Positions 1-15,530 of a DNA stretch of 64,000 nucleotides are shown here, piece by piece. The stretch lies in assembly GCF_009914755.1 (NCBI RefSeq), contig NC_060927.1; one strand, given 5' to 3'. The notes under the pieces are model-generated. The model was given only the letters and a program-made list of their open reading frames with translations. It was not told the DNA's origin and ran no database searches. The stretch is from the human T2T-CHM13v2.0 reference genome, Homo sapiens. The translations under genes and the position numbers were made by a program. Each line of letters opens with the position of its first letter. The first letter of the stretch is position 1.

Positions 1-317
<317 letters not shown>

Positions 318-1214
318 ACACACATTTAGAAACTGTGCAAAGGAAGTGTCCATTTCTGGTTGAGTGGAGGCCTTTCACTGTGCCCTGGGTTAAGGGCATG
401 GCAGGCTGAGGGCAAACCTGGGGTGCCCAACTTCCCTACCCTGGGAGCCGGGGCACCACAGGCCCGTTACAGTCCTGAAGGGGAGCCATTTTTCACTGGA
501 CATTTCTGCGCTGTGGGGATTGGTCGGAGCTGGACCTTCCTCACTGCCTATCTTCTTTCCTTGGAATTCTACAAGCACTTTGTGAGCTTTCTGAACCAAG
601 GCCCTCCCTCCAGGTGTGTGGGAGGATGGACAAACTCAGCCCGCAGAGTTGGAGAACAGTCTTCCTTTCCCTGCTCTCTGTTCCCCGTAAGAGGTGCCTG
701 GTTTGTGGAGACAGAGGTCTGCAGATCTCTCTTATGTGTGCCCAGATTTTTATATTCTCTCAGCAGCACTTTCCCCTAAAAGGAATCTCTGGGTTTTCTA
801 TAGGCTGGCTGGCTGCAGCCACACCTGTGCCTGTTGGAAACATGTGCAGGCAGGTGGGTGACAGATTGATTCACAGAATTTTCTCTAAGCTGCAGGTGTG
901 AAAAGAAGATGAACTCAGGGTATCATAACTGATGAAAAGGCTGCATGGATAGAATTGACTTTCCAAGTCATTGACACCAGCAGGAAAACATTAACTGGTC
1001 AGAGCAGCTTGTTGGGTCAAATGCCCCAGAGCCACTGGGGGCTCTTTTCCTTCTCCTTGGTGTCAGCCCACTGGCAATCTCTTGTTCATCTTCTCCAACA
1101 CATTTGCAGTGAGAGGGGACATGATACTGTTGGACAGATTTGCAAATGAAAGTATGTGATATTCTCTAAAGTTTGTGGGCATCTTCTGGACCTTGTAAGA
1201 TTAAAAAGAAAGTC

Positions 1215-1650
<436 letters not shown>

Positions 1651-2419
1651 TTATTCTCCAGATACACTGCATTTATTTCTTTTTAAAATTTTCCCTTTTA
1701 CGTGACCTTTTCTTTCAAGAACGGGCCTCTGATGTTGGGTTTCCTTGTGTCTGCTGCTTTTCCTCCTTCTGAGATCATTCTTTGTGACATGATCACCATG
1801 TCCCTCACCTCTACCTCAGATGCTGTGATTGGTGGTTGCAGGTGGTGAGAAGAAAACAACTTGCACGGATGAATTCTTGAGACCTGGGCCCTGTATTTAT
1901 CTCAGTGGCTTCAATACAGGGCAGGGAAGCTCACAGAAGTTGTGACACACAGGTGTAATTATGGCTAAGTGGAATGCTTTTCAAAACTTTAGATGGCATT
2001 GTTGGGTTTGTGAATAAACTCTTTTCTGCTCCCAGGTGGCTCCCAGGAGCAGAGAAATTCAAGCAGGCTGTTGTGTAGGCTGAATTCCCACCTACTGCAT
2101 GGAGAAACTGGAACATGGACATGGAATAGCATTTCTGCATGGAATCTGTTTTTTTTTTCTTCTCTGGCTTTGAAATTTGCATTTCTTTTAGTAAAATAAG
2201 CTGGTTCAAAAACGTGTACACACCCTTGTTTTGTCCATGTCACTTAACAATTCCAAAGGATTTTGCATTTTTACAGGTTTTTTTTTTCTTTCAAGAATTC
2301 AGTGAAATAGAGCTAGTGTTAGCAGCTCCATATTTTAGTTGGGAAACTGAGGCACATTCTAGGCCTGGCATCTTATCTAAGCACAGTCTCTCTCCACTGT
2401 GTGAATCACAGTTTAGTGC

Positions 2420-2700
2420 TGTCCAAATCAGGGTTCTTCGTTGCATGCAACAGAAACTGACTCATGATGACTGAGAGAAAGAGAATTGCTGGGCAGATCT
2501 GGGAATTGCTAGGAAGGCAGGAGAGCCAGGCTTGGAGAATGGTGGAAGCAGAGGCACTGCAGCATGGACGCTCAACTGCCACTGCTGCCACTCTCAGATC
2601 AGATTCTCGTCTGCTCCTGTCCCTGCATGGCTGACTAGCCAGACGGAGGGCACAGGCTGGGCCTGGGTGCAGAGGAGCCCAGGAATGCAGTGTTGGCTCC
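2420..2700. mobile_element. Old MaLR (MLT1-type) LTR fragment
   Basis: cagggttcttcgttgcatgcaacagaaactgactc resembles an MLT1 LTR end; boundaries approximate. Confidence 0.4.
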
Positions 2701-4131
2701 TCTTTGGCATCTCCAGTGGGATATGGACTCTGCTCTCCTATTGGGGAAATTTCCAAATATGGGAAACTGATTTGGTTACTGATGTATGCTCAAATCTTTT
2801 GCCCATTTCTTTCTTGGGTTGATAACTTATTAACAAAAATTTCTTTCTAAAAAATTCTTCTGTAACATCTGTCTTTAGGAATTTCTGGGAAACAAAAGCA
2901 TAAGGAGTGGAAAGCCAGCTTATCCCCAAGCCATAAATTTAACATTATATACATTTCTCAGACTAAAATATTTATGGTCAGTTGTATGTTACACAGGGTT
3001 ATTTGGAAAATTTTGGTGTGTAGAATTAATAAGGAGCCCTAGGATGCCTTGATCTCTCATTTTCTAACTGTCAGGCACAATCCCAGAGGTGAAGGAAAAA
3101 TAATTAAACAATGGAAGAAAAAAAATCTCATTTGCTGTGTTTTGATTTTCAGAAAAGATAACGTTCTAAAAGCCATAACCTCAGGAAACTAAGAAACAGT
3201 TTCTTATTTTGAATCAATTATTTTAATCTGTTAGTTTTTCTGTAATTATAATAAAAACATTTAACTGAGAGTACATTGATCCGGTAGAGTTTCGTACCAC
3301 TTGCTTTAAATTGCACAATCCCGTTTTTCCCACCACATCAGTTAAAATGTATTGAACATTCATTACAACCTATCATTAAGGAGATGTATAAAGACCCAAT
3401 CTTGAAGTGTTTAGCAATTAGGTAAAGTGGGTTGGTTCCCCATGAGAGCGCTGCATTTAGCTACCACATTTCACAGAGGAGCAGGGCTGTTTAACCTCCC
3501 TGCCTATAAAGAAGACAGGCAAGGACCTCACCACTTGATTTCTGGCTTGATAATCTAGTCAAGATATTTCACACTTTTCTAATGTTCACATGTTGGATTT
3601 CCCTGCTGCCTGGGCCCACCACCATTCTATATTCTGTTTTCTTCCTTATCCATTCCCTATTCAAACTCCACATCTACCTGACAGCCACTGGGCAGTGGCC
3701 TCTGTCAGCACATTTTATGAGAAAGGGGAAGCAGCTGTCTAGTCCTTAGAGCCTCAAAAGACCAGTGTTAGCCAAATGCGAAACAAGGGAAAACTTGGAA
3801 AGCTTGCAGATCAAGACAACAAAATCCAAAGACGCCTAGGGGAAGTCCAGGCTTCTGGCTGGAGTAGAATTTGCTAAAGTTAGAACGATTCTATGGTCCG
3901 CTCTCAAGTAAATGCTTCCATTAGTTCAGTGATAGGCTTTCTTGTGGAAATCATGTAGACTTGCATCTGCGAACCCAGTGACCAGTGTTGTGTGAAGAAT
4001 TGGTTTCTGTGATCATTAAGATCTGTTTATTAAGATGTGAGTTTGTGGAACTGTTGTATTGAAAGAGTAGGAATCCTGAGGACTCATAAAAACAAACAAA
4101 CAAACAAACAAACAAAAAACTCCACATTTTT

Positions 4132-4398
4132 CACTTTGGGAGGCTGAGGCTGGAGGATCACTTGAGCTTAGGAGTTTGAGATCAGCCTGGGCAGCCTAGT
4201 GCGACCCCTTGTCTACAAAAAAATTTAAAAAATTAGCCAGGCATGGTGGTATGTGCCTCTAGTTCCAGCTACTTGGGAGGCTGAGGAAGAAGGATTACTT
4301 GAGCCCAGGAGGTCAAGACTGCAGTGAGCCAAGATCGTACCACTGCACTCCACCCTGGGTGACAGAGTAAGACCCTGTCTCAAAATAAAAACAAAAAA
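4132..4398 (+). mobile_element. AluJ-type SINE, 5'-truncated
   Basis: cactttgggaggctgaggctggaggatcacttgagc ... agaccctgtctc followed by an A tail. Confidence 0.9.
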
Positions 4399-6673
4399 TG
4401 CCACATATTTTCTCCTCTTGCCCCTCAACCCCCTACAAGTGCTCTCTTCTCCCACTTCTCCCCATAGAAGGAGGGAGAGGAAAACATACACATCTCAACA
4501 CTAGCATTCCTCAACGTCAGCTCTTTAATACCCTCAAGGTGGTATTGGGCTGATTGAAATTCCTGATCTCTTCTTTTGCAAGTCTTGTGTGAGGGATCTG
4601 TACCAACCTGTGAAATGTGGGAGTACTTGACACCTATTGACTCCAATGGAGCTTTGACCAAAGCTGACCCATTTCATCCTATTGGGTCCGTGCATGCAAA
4701 TTATCATCTTTACCACCATCATCATCATCACTACATTGCCCAACTTGTTTTGTATCATATTTAATCAAAATTCCAAAAGCAGGAAACATTGCATAAGAGA
4801 AAGTGGGTAGAGTTTCGGAAGTAGTGATGCAAAAAATAAAAAACAAGTATGGATACATAAAATTGGAATAAGGCTAAAAACCACACACTTAACATCAGTG
4901 GGCCAAAATTTGGTTCTGAGCTTTTGAGTCAAACCAGGAGGAGTCCAACTGGTCTTAGAATGTGAGCCAGAGGGATATTTTTGGAGTTCAGGTAATCAGT
5001 AGATTGTGATGATGACAGCATTTCTCATGTATTTAAATTGAATTTGCTTTTAAAAGCTAGACAATTATAATGCTATTAATTTCCTCTATTGCTCACCCTT
5101 CCTTCTAAAAAGCTCCAACATTAAATAAATGAACATAAAAATCCCCCCAAAAAAACCAAATCTGCCCAAGACACAAAATTATTTCCACCTTACATGTGAA
5201 GTTGTGAACTATCCTACCCATGAACATTGTTACAGAGGCCATTTTCAGTAAAGAGGAAACAAGAGTCCTCTCGTGGTGAACAGCAGTTTTTTGATTGTGC
5301 AGTATCCATTCCATAATCGCACCCAAGGGGTGGGCACGGGATCCAAGCAGGCTGATGGGAATTCCCTCGCTGGAATTTGAATCGCAGAGTGATGTAGAGA
5401 CAGAAAACGCCCAGCTGTCATTCATCCAGTTTCTGCACCTCGGTGGGCTGGAGTCCAGTCTCTGAGGCCCCCCACCCCTGGCTAGACCTACTGACCCTGT
5501 CCTTTGTGAGCTTGGACCTTCTTCCTTCTTCCCTCTCCTGTGAGACTACCAGCCTCTCCCTGCCCCCCTCAGCCTCCTATAACATCTTTTTTTACTTACG
5601 ATAATCAGAGACTCAGTTCCTGTTTCTTGCAACCCAAGTGTTCTGACTGGTATGCTTTCAATACGGTTTCAGAGTGAAATACAGTCAGTGGGATGGTTTT
5701 AGGTGGCACACAAGGAACATTTACATTTTTCAGTTATGTAATTATTTTAATGCACATTGCGAAAAACTATAAACAGCACATCAAACCCACAATGTCATGG
5801 GTATTATTGCTTAGAATGACTTCAATACATTTATTTAAGTCGAAAAGTGAGTCATTTAAAAGGAAAACGCTACGTGATAGTACAGGTGTCCCTGGCTATG
5901 GGGGAGAAACAGTCTCAAATGTGCTGTGCAAATAGCTTGCAGAGGCCATGAGGACGTCACATTTTTGTAAGAGAGCGAGCGCTAGATCTGAGTTTTGAGG
6001 AGTTCCTTCTACCATCGTGGGACACGGTGAGAGATGAGTGGTTGGGGAGGTCAGAGCTGGGGGGAAACCTCCTGCCATGGCCCAGAGAGAGGGACCAGGC
6101 ATGGACTGGAGAGAAACGGATGGCTGCCCTGAGCCTCACAGATGACCCTTCATCCTCCTCCTCCTTGGCTGGCAGGCATAAAGCAGATCAACCAAGGTCC
6201 AGGGGAGGAGGGGCGCTTCCAGAGCCCTCCCGGGGTTTCTTTTCTTTCTCCGTTTTCCCTTCTTCCTTCCCCATTTCCTTCCCTTATCATTGAGTGTCCC
6301 CTAACCACCCCCCTTCCCCCACCTCAGGCCTGTCTGGCTTCGCTGGCTGAGCGGCCCTTGTGGTGGTTATGGCAGGTGTGAGGCTTTAGAGGCCATCCTG
6401 CCCTCAACAAGGGGATGGCTGTGGAGCATCATCCCAATTCTGCAGCCTCTCATCTGAAGCTCAGGCCATCAGGAGGGAGCCCTCAGGCTTCTCTCTGACG
6501 TTTCTTCCATTTGTCAACCTCTCAGCTCCTCAGCTCAGGTCACAGACAAGGTGGAGGAGCCCCCAGCACGTTTAGGCAGGCTCTTTCCCTGTCACCCCTC
6601 ACCACCCCGCACCATACACTAACCTGGAGGTCTCCTGGGTACTTTGCCAAGTCAGGGAATGAGAAAGGTCTGA

Positions 6674-7232
<559 letters not shown>

Positions 7233-7269
7233 TGAGCTATACAATTAGTGGGCTGTGTTATCCGAGCTC

Positions 7270-8013
<744 letters not shown>

Positions 8014-8447
8014 CATGGAATCTTTTTTTTTATCCCAGCTGACTGCCTAATGCTTAAGTGTCCGACCATGACTAGGGGTCCCACACACAGAAAACGTGTT
8101 TATCCTGGCAGACGCCTTCGTTGCTCTTGTCCCATCTGTGTCCAGTTCATTCCTACGAAGACAGCCACTCTCTAGGAGAGCCCCGACCAGGAAAGAAGTT
8201 AGTTTCAGGTGCATCCGACTGGGGGAGACACAGAGGAGGCCTCTCAACAAAACAGGTGAGTTAACAGAAGCAGAGCATTCCACAGCCCAGAGAAGAGGGA
8301 GGCGCGCCTCTCAGGACGGATAGGAAGTGGGGAGCCATCTGGGACATGGGAAGCCCACCGGCGGGCGGGGAGCGAAAGAGTGCGGGTGATCTGCGAGCCT
8401 GTGTCTTTTTTTGGGGTCCAGGGCATTACCCAGGTGGGAGTTCCAAT

Positions 8448-8515
8448 TGGTGGGTTCAGAGTAGGCAGGCTCTGGACTCCCTGGTGGGTTCAGAGCAGGC
8501 AGGCTCTGGACGCCC
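8448..8515. repeat. 34-bp tandem duplication (2 copies, 2 mismatches)
   Basis: tggtgggttcagagtaggcaggctctggactccc / tggtgggttcagagcaggcaggctctggacgccc. Confidence 0.9.
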
Positions 8516-8831
8516 TGGAGTCCTGCTGTGCCTGAGAGGAGGCCACTGGGGCGTATCTCCACAGTGCATGTGTTGTGTCTGGTCAGTGGAGCCAGTCAAG
8601 TAGGTTGTATCTAGCTGTCCCACGGGGAGGCTGTCACCAGGAGGGGGTTGTATGAGCCAGATATCTGAACTGACCATATTGAGGAAATGGGAGGAGGCAG
8701 AGAACTGGAAACTGTAGACGGTGACTAAGCCCTGCTTCTGGTATGGGAAATTGCTTAAAGCTATATTCAAAATGGACGCTGAAGCAACACAAAATTATAG
8801 AATTCACTACAAATAGCAAGACAACTCATTT

Positions 8832-8994
8832 CTTTTTTTGAGACAGGGTCTTGTTCTGTTGCCCAGGCTGGAGTGCAGCGACGTAATCACAGCTCACTGC
8901 AGCCTTGACCTCCTGGGCTCAAGCAATCCTCCTACCTCTGCCTCATGAGTAGCTGGGACCACAGGCATGTGCCACCACTCCTGGATAATTTTTA
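8832..8994 (-). mobile_element. AluJ right arm (element split by SVA)
   Basis: Reverse Alu right arm; outer TSD AAGACAACTCATTT at 8818-8831 matches 11279-11292. Confidence 0.9.
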
Positions 8995-11134
8995 TTTTAT
9001 TTTATTTTTATTTTATTTTTCCTTTTTTTTTTTTATTGATCATTCTTGGGTGTTTCTCGCAGAGGGGGATTTGGCAGGGTCATAGGACAATAGTGGAGGG
9101 AAGGTCAGCAGATAAACAAGTGAACAAAGGTCTCTGGTTTTCCTAGGCAGAGGACCCTGCGGCCTTCCGCTGTGTTTGTGTCCCTGGGTACTTGAGATTA
9201 GGGAGTGGTGATGACTCTTAACGAGCATGCTGCCTTCAAGCATCTGTTTAACAAAGCACATCTTGCACCGCCCTTAATCCATTTAACCCTGAGTGGACAC
9301 AGCACATGTTTCAGAGAGCACAGGGTTGGGGGTAAGGTCACAGATCAACAGGATCCCAAGGCAAAAGAATTTTTCTTAGTACAGAACAAAATGAAGTCTC
9401 CCATGTCTACTTCTTTCTACACAGACACGGCAACCATCCGATTTCTCAATCTTTTCCCCACCTTTCCCCCCCTTCTATTCCACAAAACCGCCATTGTCAT
9501 CATGGCCCGTTCTCAATGAGCTGTTGGGTACACCTCCCAGACGGGGTGGTGGCCGGGTAGAGGGGCTCCTCACTTCCCAGTAGGGGCGGCCGGGCAGAGG
9601 CGCCGCTCACCTCCCGGACGGGGCGGCTGGCCGGGCAGGGGGCTGACCCCCCCCACCTCCCTCCCGGACGGGGCGGCTGGCCGGGCGGTGGGCTGACCCC
9701 CCCCACCTCCCTCCCTGACGGGGCGGCTGGCCGGGCAGAGGGGCTCCTCACTTCCCAGTAGGAGCGGCCGGGCAGAGGCGCCCCTCACCTCCCAGACGGG
9801 GCGGCTGGCTGGGCGGGGGGCTGACCCCCCCACCTCCCTCCCGGACGGGGCGGCTGGCCGGGCAGAGGGGCTCCTCACTTCCCAGTAGGAGCGGCCGGGC
9901 AGAGGCGCCCCTCACCTCCCAGACGGGGCGGCTGGCTGGGCGGGGGGCTGACCCCCCCACCTCCCTCCCGGACGGGGCGGCTGGCCGGGCAGAGGGGCTC
10001 CTCACTTCCCAGTAGGGGCGGCCGGGCAGAGGTGCCCCTCACCTCCTGGACGGGGCGGCTGGCCGGGCGGGGGGCTGGCGCCCCCACCTCCCTCCCGGAC
10101 GGGGCAGCTGGCTGGGCAGGGGGCTGACCCCCCCACCTCCCTCCCGGACGGGGTGGCTGCGGGGCGGAGACGCTCCTCACTTCCCAGACGGGGTGGCTGC
10201 TGGGCGGAGGGGCTCCTCACTTCTCGGACGGGGCGGCTGCCGGGTGGAGGGGCTCCTCACTTCTCAGACGGGGCGGCTGCCGGGTGGAGGGGCTCCTCAC
10301 TTCTCAGATGGGGCGGCCGGGCAGAGACGCTCCTCACCTCCCAGATGGGGCGGTGGAGCAGAGGCGCTCCCCACATCTCAGACGATGGGTGGCTGGGCAG
10401 AGACGCTCCTCACTTCCTAGATGGGATGGCGGCCGGGAAGAGGCGCTCCTCACTTCCTAGATGGGATGGCAGCCGGGCAGAGACGCTCCTCACTTTCCAG
10501 ACTGGGCAGCCAGGCAGAGGGGCTCCTCACGTCCCAGACGATGGATGGCCAGGCAGAGACGCTCCTCACTTCCCAGACGGGGTGGCGGCCTGGCAGAGGC
10601 TGCACTCTCGGCACTTTGGGAGGCCAAGGCAGGCGGCTGGGAGGTGGAGGTTGTAGCGAGCCAAGATCACACCACTGCACTCCAGCCTGGGCACCATTGA
10701 GCACTGAGTGAACCAGACTCCGTCTGCAATCCCGGCACCTCGGGAGGCCGAGGCTGGCGGATCCCTCGCGGTTAGGAGCTGGAGACCAGCCCGGCCAACA
10801 CAGCGAAACCCCGTCTCCACCAAAAAAATACGAAAACCAGTCAGGTGTGGCAGCGCGCGCCTGCAATCGCAGGCACTCAGCAGGCTGAGGCAGGAGAATC
10901 AGGCAGGGAGGTTGCAGTGAGCCGAGATGGCAGCAGTACAGTCCAGCCTTGGCTGGGCATCAGAGGGAGACCGTGGAAAGAGAGGGAGAGGGAGACCGTG
11001 GGGAGAGGGAGAGGGAGAGGGGGAGGGGGAGGGAAACTTCCTCTTTCTTCCCACTCTATTTCATAAATCCATGTCTACACACATGCAGGATCCCCAGTCA
11101 GTGTCATCCGTGGAGTTAGCCCTCCCTGATTTCT
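8995..11134 (-). mobile_element. Full-length SVA retrotransposon (SVA_D-like) with extra 5' sequence
   Basis: poly-A tail 8995-9034 with AATAAA on the minus strand; SINE-R ~9035-9530; GC-rich VNTR ~9530-10600; Alu-like region ~10600-10975; (CCCTCT)n hexamer ~10978-11033; TSD TCCTGGATAATTTTTA at 8979-8994 and 11135-11150; subfamily tentative. Confidence 0.97.
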
Positions 11135-11150
11135 TCCTGGATAATTTTTA

Positions 11151-11278
11151 AAAAGCTTTTTGTAGAGAGAGTCTCTCTGTGTTGCCCAGGCTGGTCTCAA
11201 ACTCCTGGTCTCAAGCAATCCTCCTGCCTCAGCCTCCCAAAGTATTGGGATTACAGGTGTGAGCCACTGCACCTGGCC
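11151..11278 (-). mobile_element. AluJ left arm (element split by SVA)
   Basis: tgtagagagagtctctctgtgttgcccaggctggtctc ... cactgcacctggcc, followed by the outer TSD. Confidence 0.9.
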
Positions 11279-12975
11279 AAGACAACTCATTTTTTTCCTG
11301 CTCCATGAAGATGCCAGGGTTATAGTAGAGATACCAGGAGAGACACAGTTTCCAACGATTTCATCAAAAGAAACATGAAAAGGGCCTTGGGGACATTTAG
11401 TGTTGTTAAGATCCTAGAAGCCACAGGGGTTTAGAATTTCCTTAGGGCTTCTCTCTGCTCTCCAGTCTCTCATTCAATCCCAATCATCATCATCATTAAT
11501 GATAATCAATATTATCATCATCACTGAGCACCTGAAGAGCTTACCACTCAGAAAAGAGAAAGAGGATTAAGCACTGCACATGTTTTTCCTTAGTAGTGGC
11601 ATGAACTATCGGGGGCAACAGTCATTCTTTTGGAGACTTATGCCTGTAGTCGAACTGTGCTAATTGTGTATATATTTTAGAGTTCTCACACAGCTACTCT
11701 TTTTTTTTCTCTTAAGAAAAAAAAAAAGAAATATCTGAGACTTTATTTTGATCTTTCACATCCATCTGAAGAAGGTTCTTTAAAGATAAGTGGGTTTTGT
11801 AATCTGGTGAAGGCCATGAATCTATTCAATTCAGTGAGTTCCTATCAACTGCATCTGAAAAGCACTGGTGAAGACCACAGTACTTAAAACCCATTTTTTT
11901 AATTTTAAAAAATTCCATAAGAAACATGTACTTATGGTAAAATGATAAGTTTCAAACATATAAAAACATGAAAAATGGAAATTAAAAATCTCTGCTCTCA
12001 ACTATTATAGCAGGGCCTCCAGAGGCAGCCACTGATCATAGATTTTGTCCTGAATTTTTCTGGTGCTTGCTGTCCTAAATCGAGGTAACATGCTTGTACC
12101 TCTACTTCATGATTTATCAACTTTAAGTGGAACCCTTTTACTTTTCTCTATCAAGAAAGATGTTAGCTCACTTCATACTACTGCTCTGTTGCCTGTTATT
12201 TTGCCTAATTCTTCTGGGGACTGTCAGCCAGGGGAATTCCTGTAGATTACCAACCCACTCTTCCTTTCATCTCTTCTGTCTCTCTTTTTGACCTCTTCTC
12301 CCCTCCTCAGTTTATAGTTGGTATATTTACAATGCCATGGTTTACCACAACTGCATTCTGTTTATGTAATTATAACTAAGGCAGTCATCTTGTCTTTAGG
12401 TTAATTCTAAAAGCTGAAAACCTGTTAACAGTATTTGCAATGATGTCATTATGTAGGTATTGGCCACTGTGGACCCAACTATGATTTGAGCCTTGTAGTA
12501 GAGATGTAATCCTTTTTTTAAAAAATTTTTTTGCTTGTTAAAGAGAAATTTTTCAAGCATGACAGCCTAATGCATTTTCCCTTAAATTCTCCCGGTTTCC
12601 TTCACTTCTATGAGATCATATTCAATGGCCACTCTTTGATTTACGTAATATATAATATATTTTATTTCATTTAATTTTGCTTGCTTAGTTCTTTCATATG
12701 GAGGATGTAGGTGATAAATCCTTTGGTACTCGTTTGCTTGGAAATGTCTCTATTTTACTCTAATATTTGCCAGGGCATAAAATTTTAGGTAGAAAATGAC
12801 TTTTCATTGGACGATTAAATACATCACGTGATTGTCTTCCAGAGCCCAGTGCTGCTTTAAAAAAGCCGGATTTTTGTTCCAGTTTGATAATCTGATTTTT
12901 TTTTTTTCTGGAAGCTTTTAAGATTTTCTTTTTATCCTTGGAGTCAGGAAATGTTAACAGGATGTATCTAGATGA

Positions 12976-13385
<410 letters not shown>

Positions 13386-13514
13386 GCAACTTCTTTTATT
13401 ATTATTTTGATTATTTCTTCTCTTCAGGTATAATTGTAAACTTTTACTAGAATTACTATTAGATAGATGTAAAACTTTCTGAATATATTTTCCATGACCC
13501 TAATTTTCTGCCAT

Positions 13515-13655
13515 ATGTTTTCTTTATTTTTCTTAGAGACTGGGGTCTTGCTATGTTGCCCAGGCTGTACTCGAACTCCTGGACTCAAGCAATTTTCTCA
13601 CCTCAGCTTCTGGAGTGGCTGGGACAATAGCTACATACCACCATGCTTGACATAT
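13515..13655 (-). mobile_element. Alu monomer / AluJ fragment, followed by a CT-rich tract (13660-13745)
   Basis: ggggtcttgctatgttgcccaggctgtactcgaactcctggactcaagc. Confidence 0.75.
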
Positions 13656-15214
13656 TTTTTCTCTCTTTCTCCCTTCCCCTCTCCCTTCCCTCTTTCTTTC
13701 TCTTTTCCATCCCCTCCCCTCCCTTCCCCTCCCCTTTCCTTCTCTATATTTGGGAGACTTTAACTCTGGCTTTAAAATGAACAACTGGGTCTTCAGTCTT
13801 TTCCATTATTCCCTTTTTAAAAAATTACTTTCGTGGTCCTATTTTCAAATTGCTATGCTCTCTTTTCTTTTTTCTGATTGATCATTTTCCACACACCTAG
13901 TAGCTTACATGAGTTTGCCTTTTGGATGTGGAGGTCTGAGTTTTCCTGAAATTGGAGGCTTGTGCTTTTGTGTGAGCGGATGGGGCATGTGGAAGGCCAG
14001 CCTTCTGGTATATTGACAAGCCAGGCAGGTGGCCAGGAGCCCCGCTTGCCAGCAGCAAGCCTCACTCCACTGTGGAGATCTTCAGTGTTGCCAGCTGCCG
14101 TCTGCTTGTCACAAATGCCTTCTCTGCATTCCGATGATTTGCTCCAGAGCAGTCCTGAGTACCTGGCAGAGCAAATCTCCACCCTACACTTCACTCTGCT
14201 GTCTGGCACTGCCTTTTTCTCTTCTCCTTTAACCTGGGTCTCACCATTTTTGGGGAGTCCTCAGAGTTTCACGTCTGCTGTTGCTGCTGCCTCTCCTCAT
14301 GGCTGGGAAAAGGGATAAGTTCACAGGCATCCTTGGTCCTCCATCAGGAGCCAGAAGCCTGGAAAGTTTTTATCTTGTGTTGTTCAAAATTCTGCTATAA
14401 AATCCCCCCTCATGAAACACTTTCCCACAAAGAGCCTATCAAGTTTATCTGTGTGCTGTATCTCTAGGTAGCGAATACGCCTTGGCGTCTAGATGCCCAA
14501 TTAGCGGGAAGAAGATGCAACTCCTGCACATTCTTTGGTTAATTAGATCTGCTATGAAATCATTCATTTGATGACCATCCTAATGAATCTAATAAAAGCC
14601 TCTTCTGAAGCCGTCTATTCTTTGTACCTTAAGTACTGTACCTTGCTCAGCTACGCTGGCACCAGAGCTAACAGACTCATTATCTTCCAAAGTCTGATGT
14701 CTGTTTTCAGGCTCCGCTGGTTTCATTAGATACAAAATAAAATCACTACCTATTAAAATTGCATTAAAGCACTAACTTAAACTGACAAAAGCTTAGAAAC
14801 ATTGAGCCTGAGCTGTTGTTTGGCCTTCTGGATGTGGGAAATTCCTGCCTTTTGCAGACTGAGTGGATCAGGCCAGCCCAGACTTTATGGCCTAAATTTT
14901 CTGTGTCCCTCGGCTTAAATGGGAGCTAGCAGTGCCAGCTGCCAAAGAAATGACTTGGGTTCTCATCAAGCAGTGATTCAACTATGTTTTAATGGTTCAG
15001 TGATTATTCTCTGATTTTCAGAATCAAATGAGGTGAATGAAAAGGTGGGAAGACAGACAGTTTTTACATGGCCACTGTAGCTTCTTCAGAAAAGATCACA
15101 AAAGGAGAAATTGATGGTTTGGGGCTACCGATAAACAGGCTGGTAGAGTGGTTATACTTCTAGCATCACATGGAATCAATGTTACTTTCTGCACAGATTT
15201 AAAAAACAAAAAAC

Positions 15215-15530
15215 TTGTGTGGTGGTTCACACCTGTAGTCCCAGCACTTTGGGAGATTGAGGCAGGAGGATCGCTTGAGGCCAGGAGTTCAAGACCAGTG
15301 TGGGCAACAGAGTGAGACCTCATTTCTACAAAAAATTTAAAAAATTACTCAGGTTTGGTGGTGCACACCTGTGGTCCCAGCTATTCAGGAGGCTAAGGTG
15401 GGAGGATCGCTTGAGCCCAGGAGTTTGAGGCTACAGTGAAGCATGATTGCACCACCACACCCCAGCCTGGGTGACAGAGTGAGACCCTACCCCCACCAAA
15501 AATAATAAAAAACAAAAAACAAACAAATGA
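15215..15530 (+). mobile_element. AluJ-type SINE
   Basis: Diverged dimeric Alu with an A-rich tail. Confidence 0.9.

Noticed and set aside
4576-4764. ORF with a poly-His run (YHHHHHHY)
   Set aside because: Translation of a short (CAT)n microsatellite; no other coding evidence.
9040-11151. Many 70-170 aa ORFs with repeated peptides, superficially array-like
   Set aside because: These are translations of SVA SINE-R, VNTR and Alu-like regions. There are no unique spacers, so this is neither a CRISPR array nor a set of genes.
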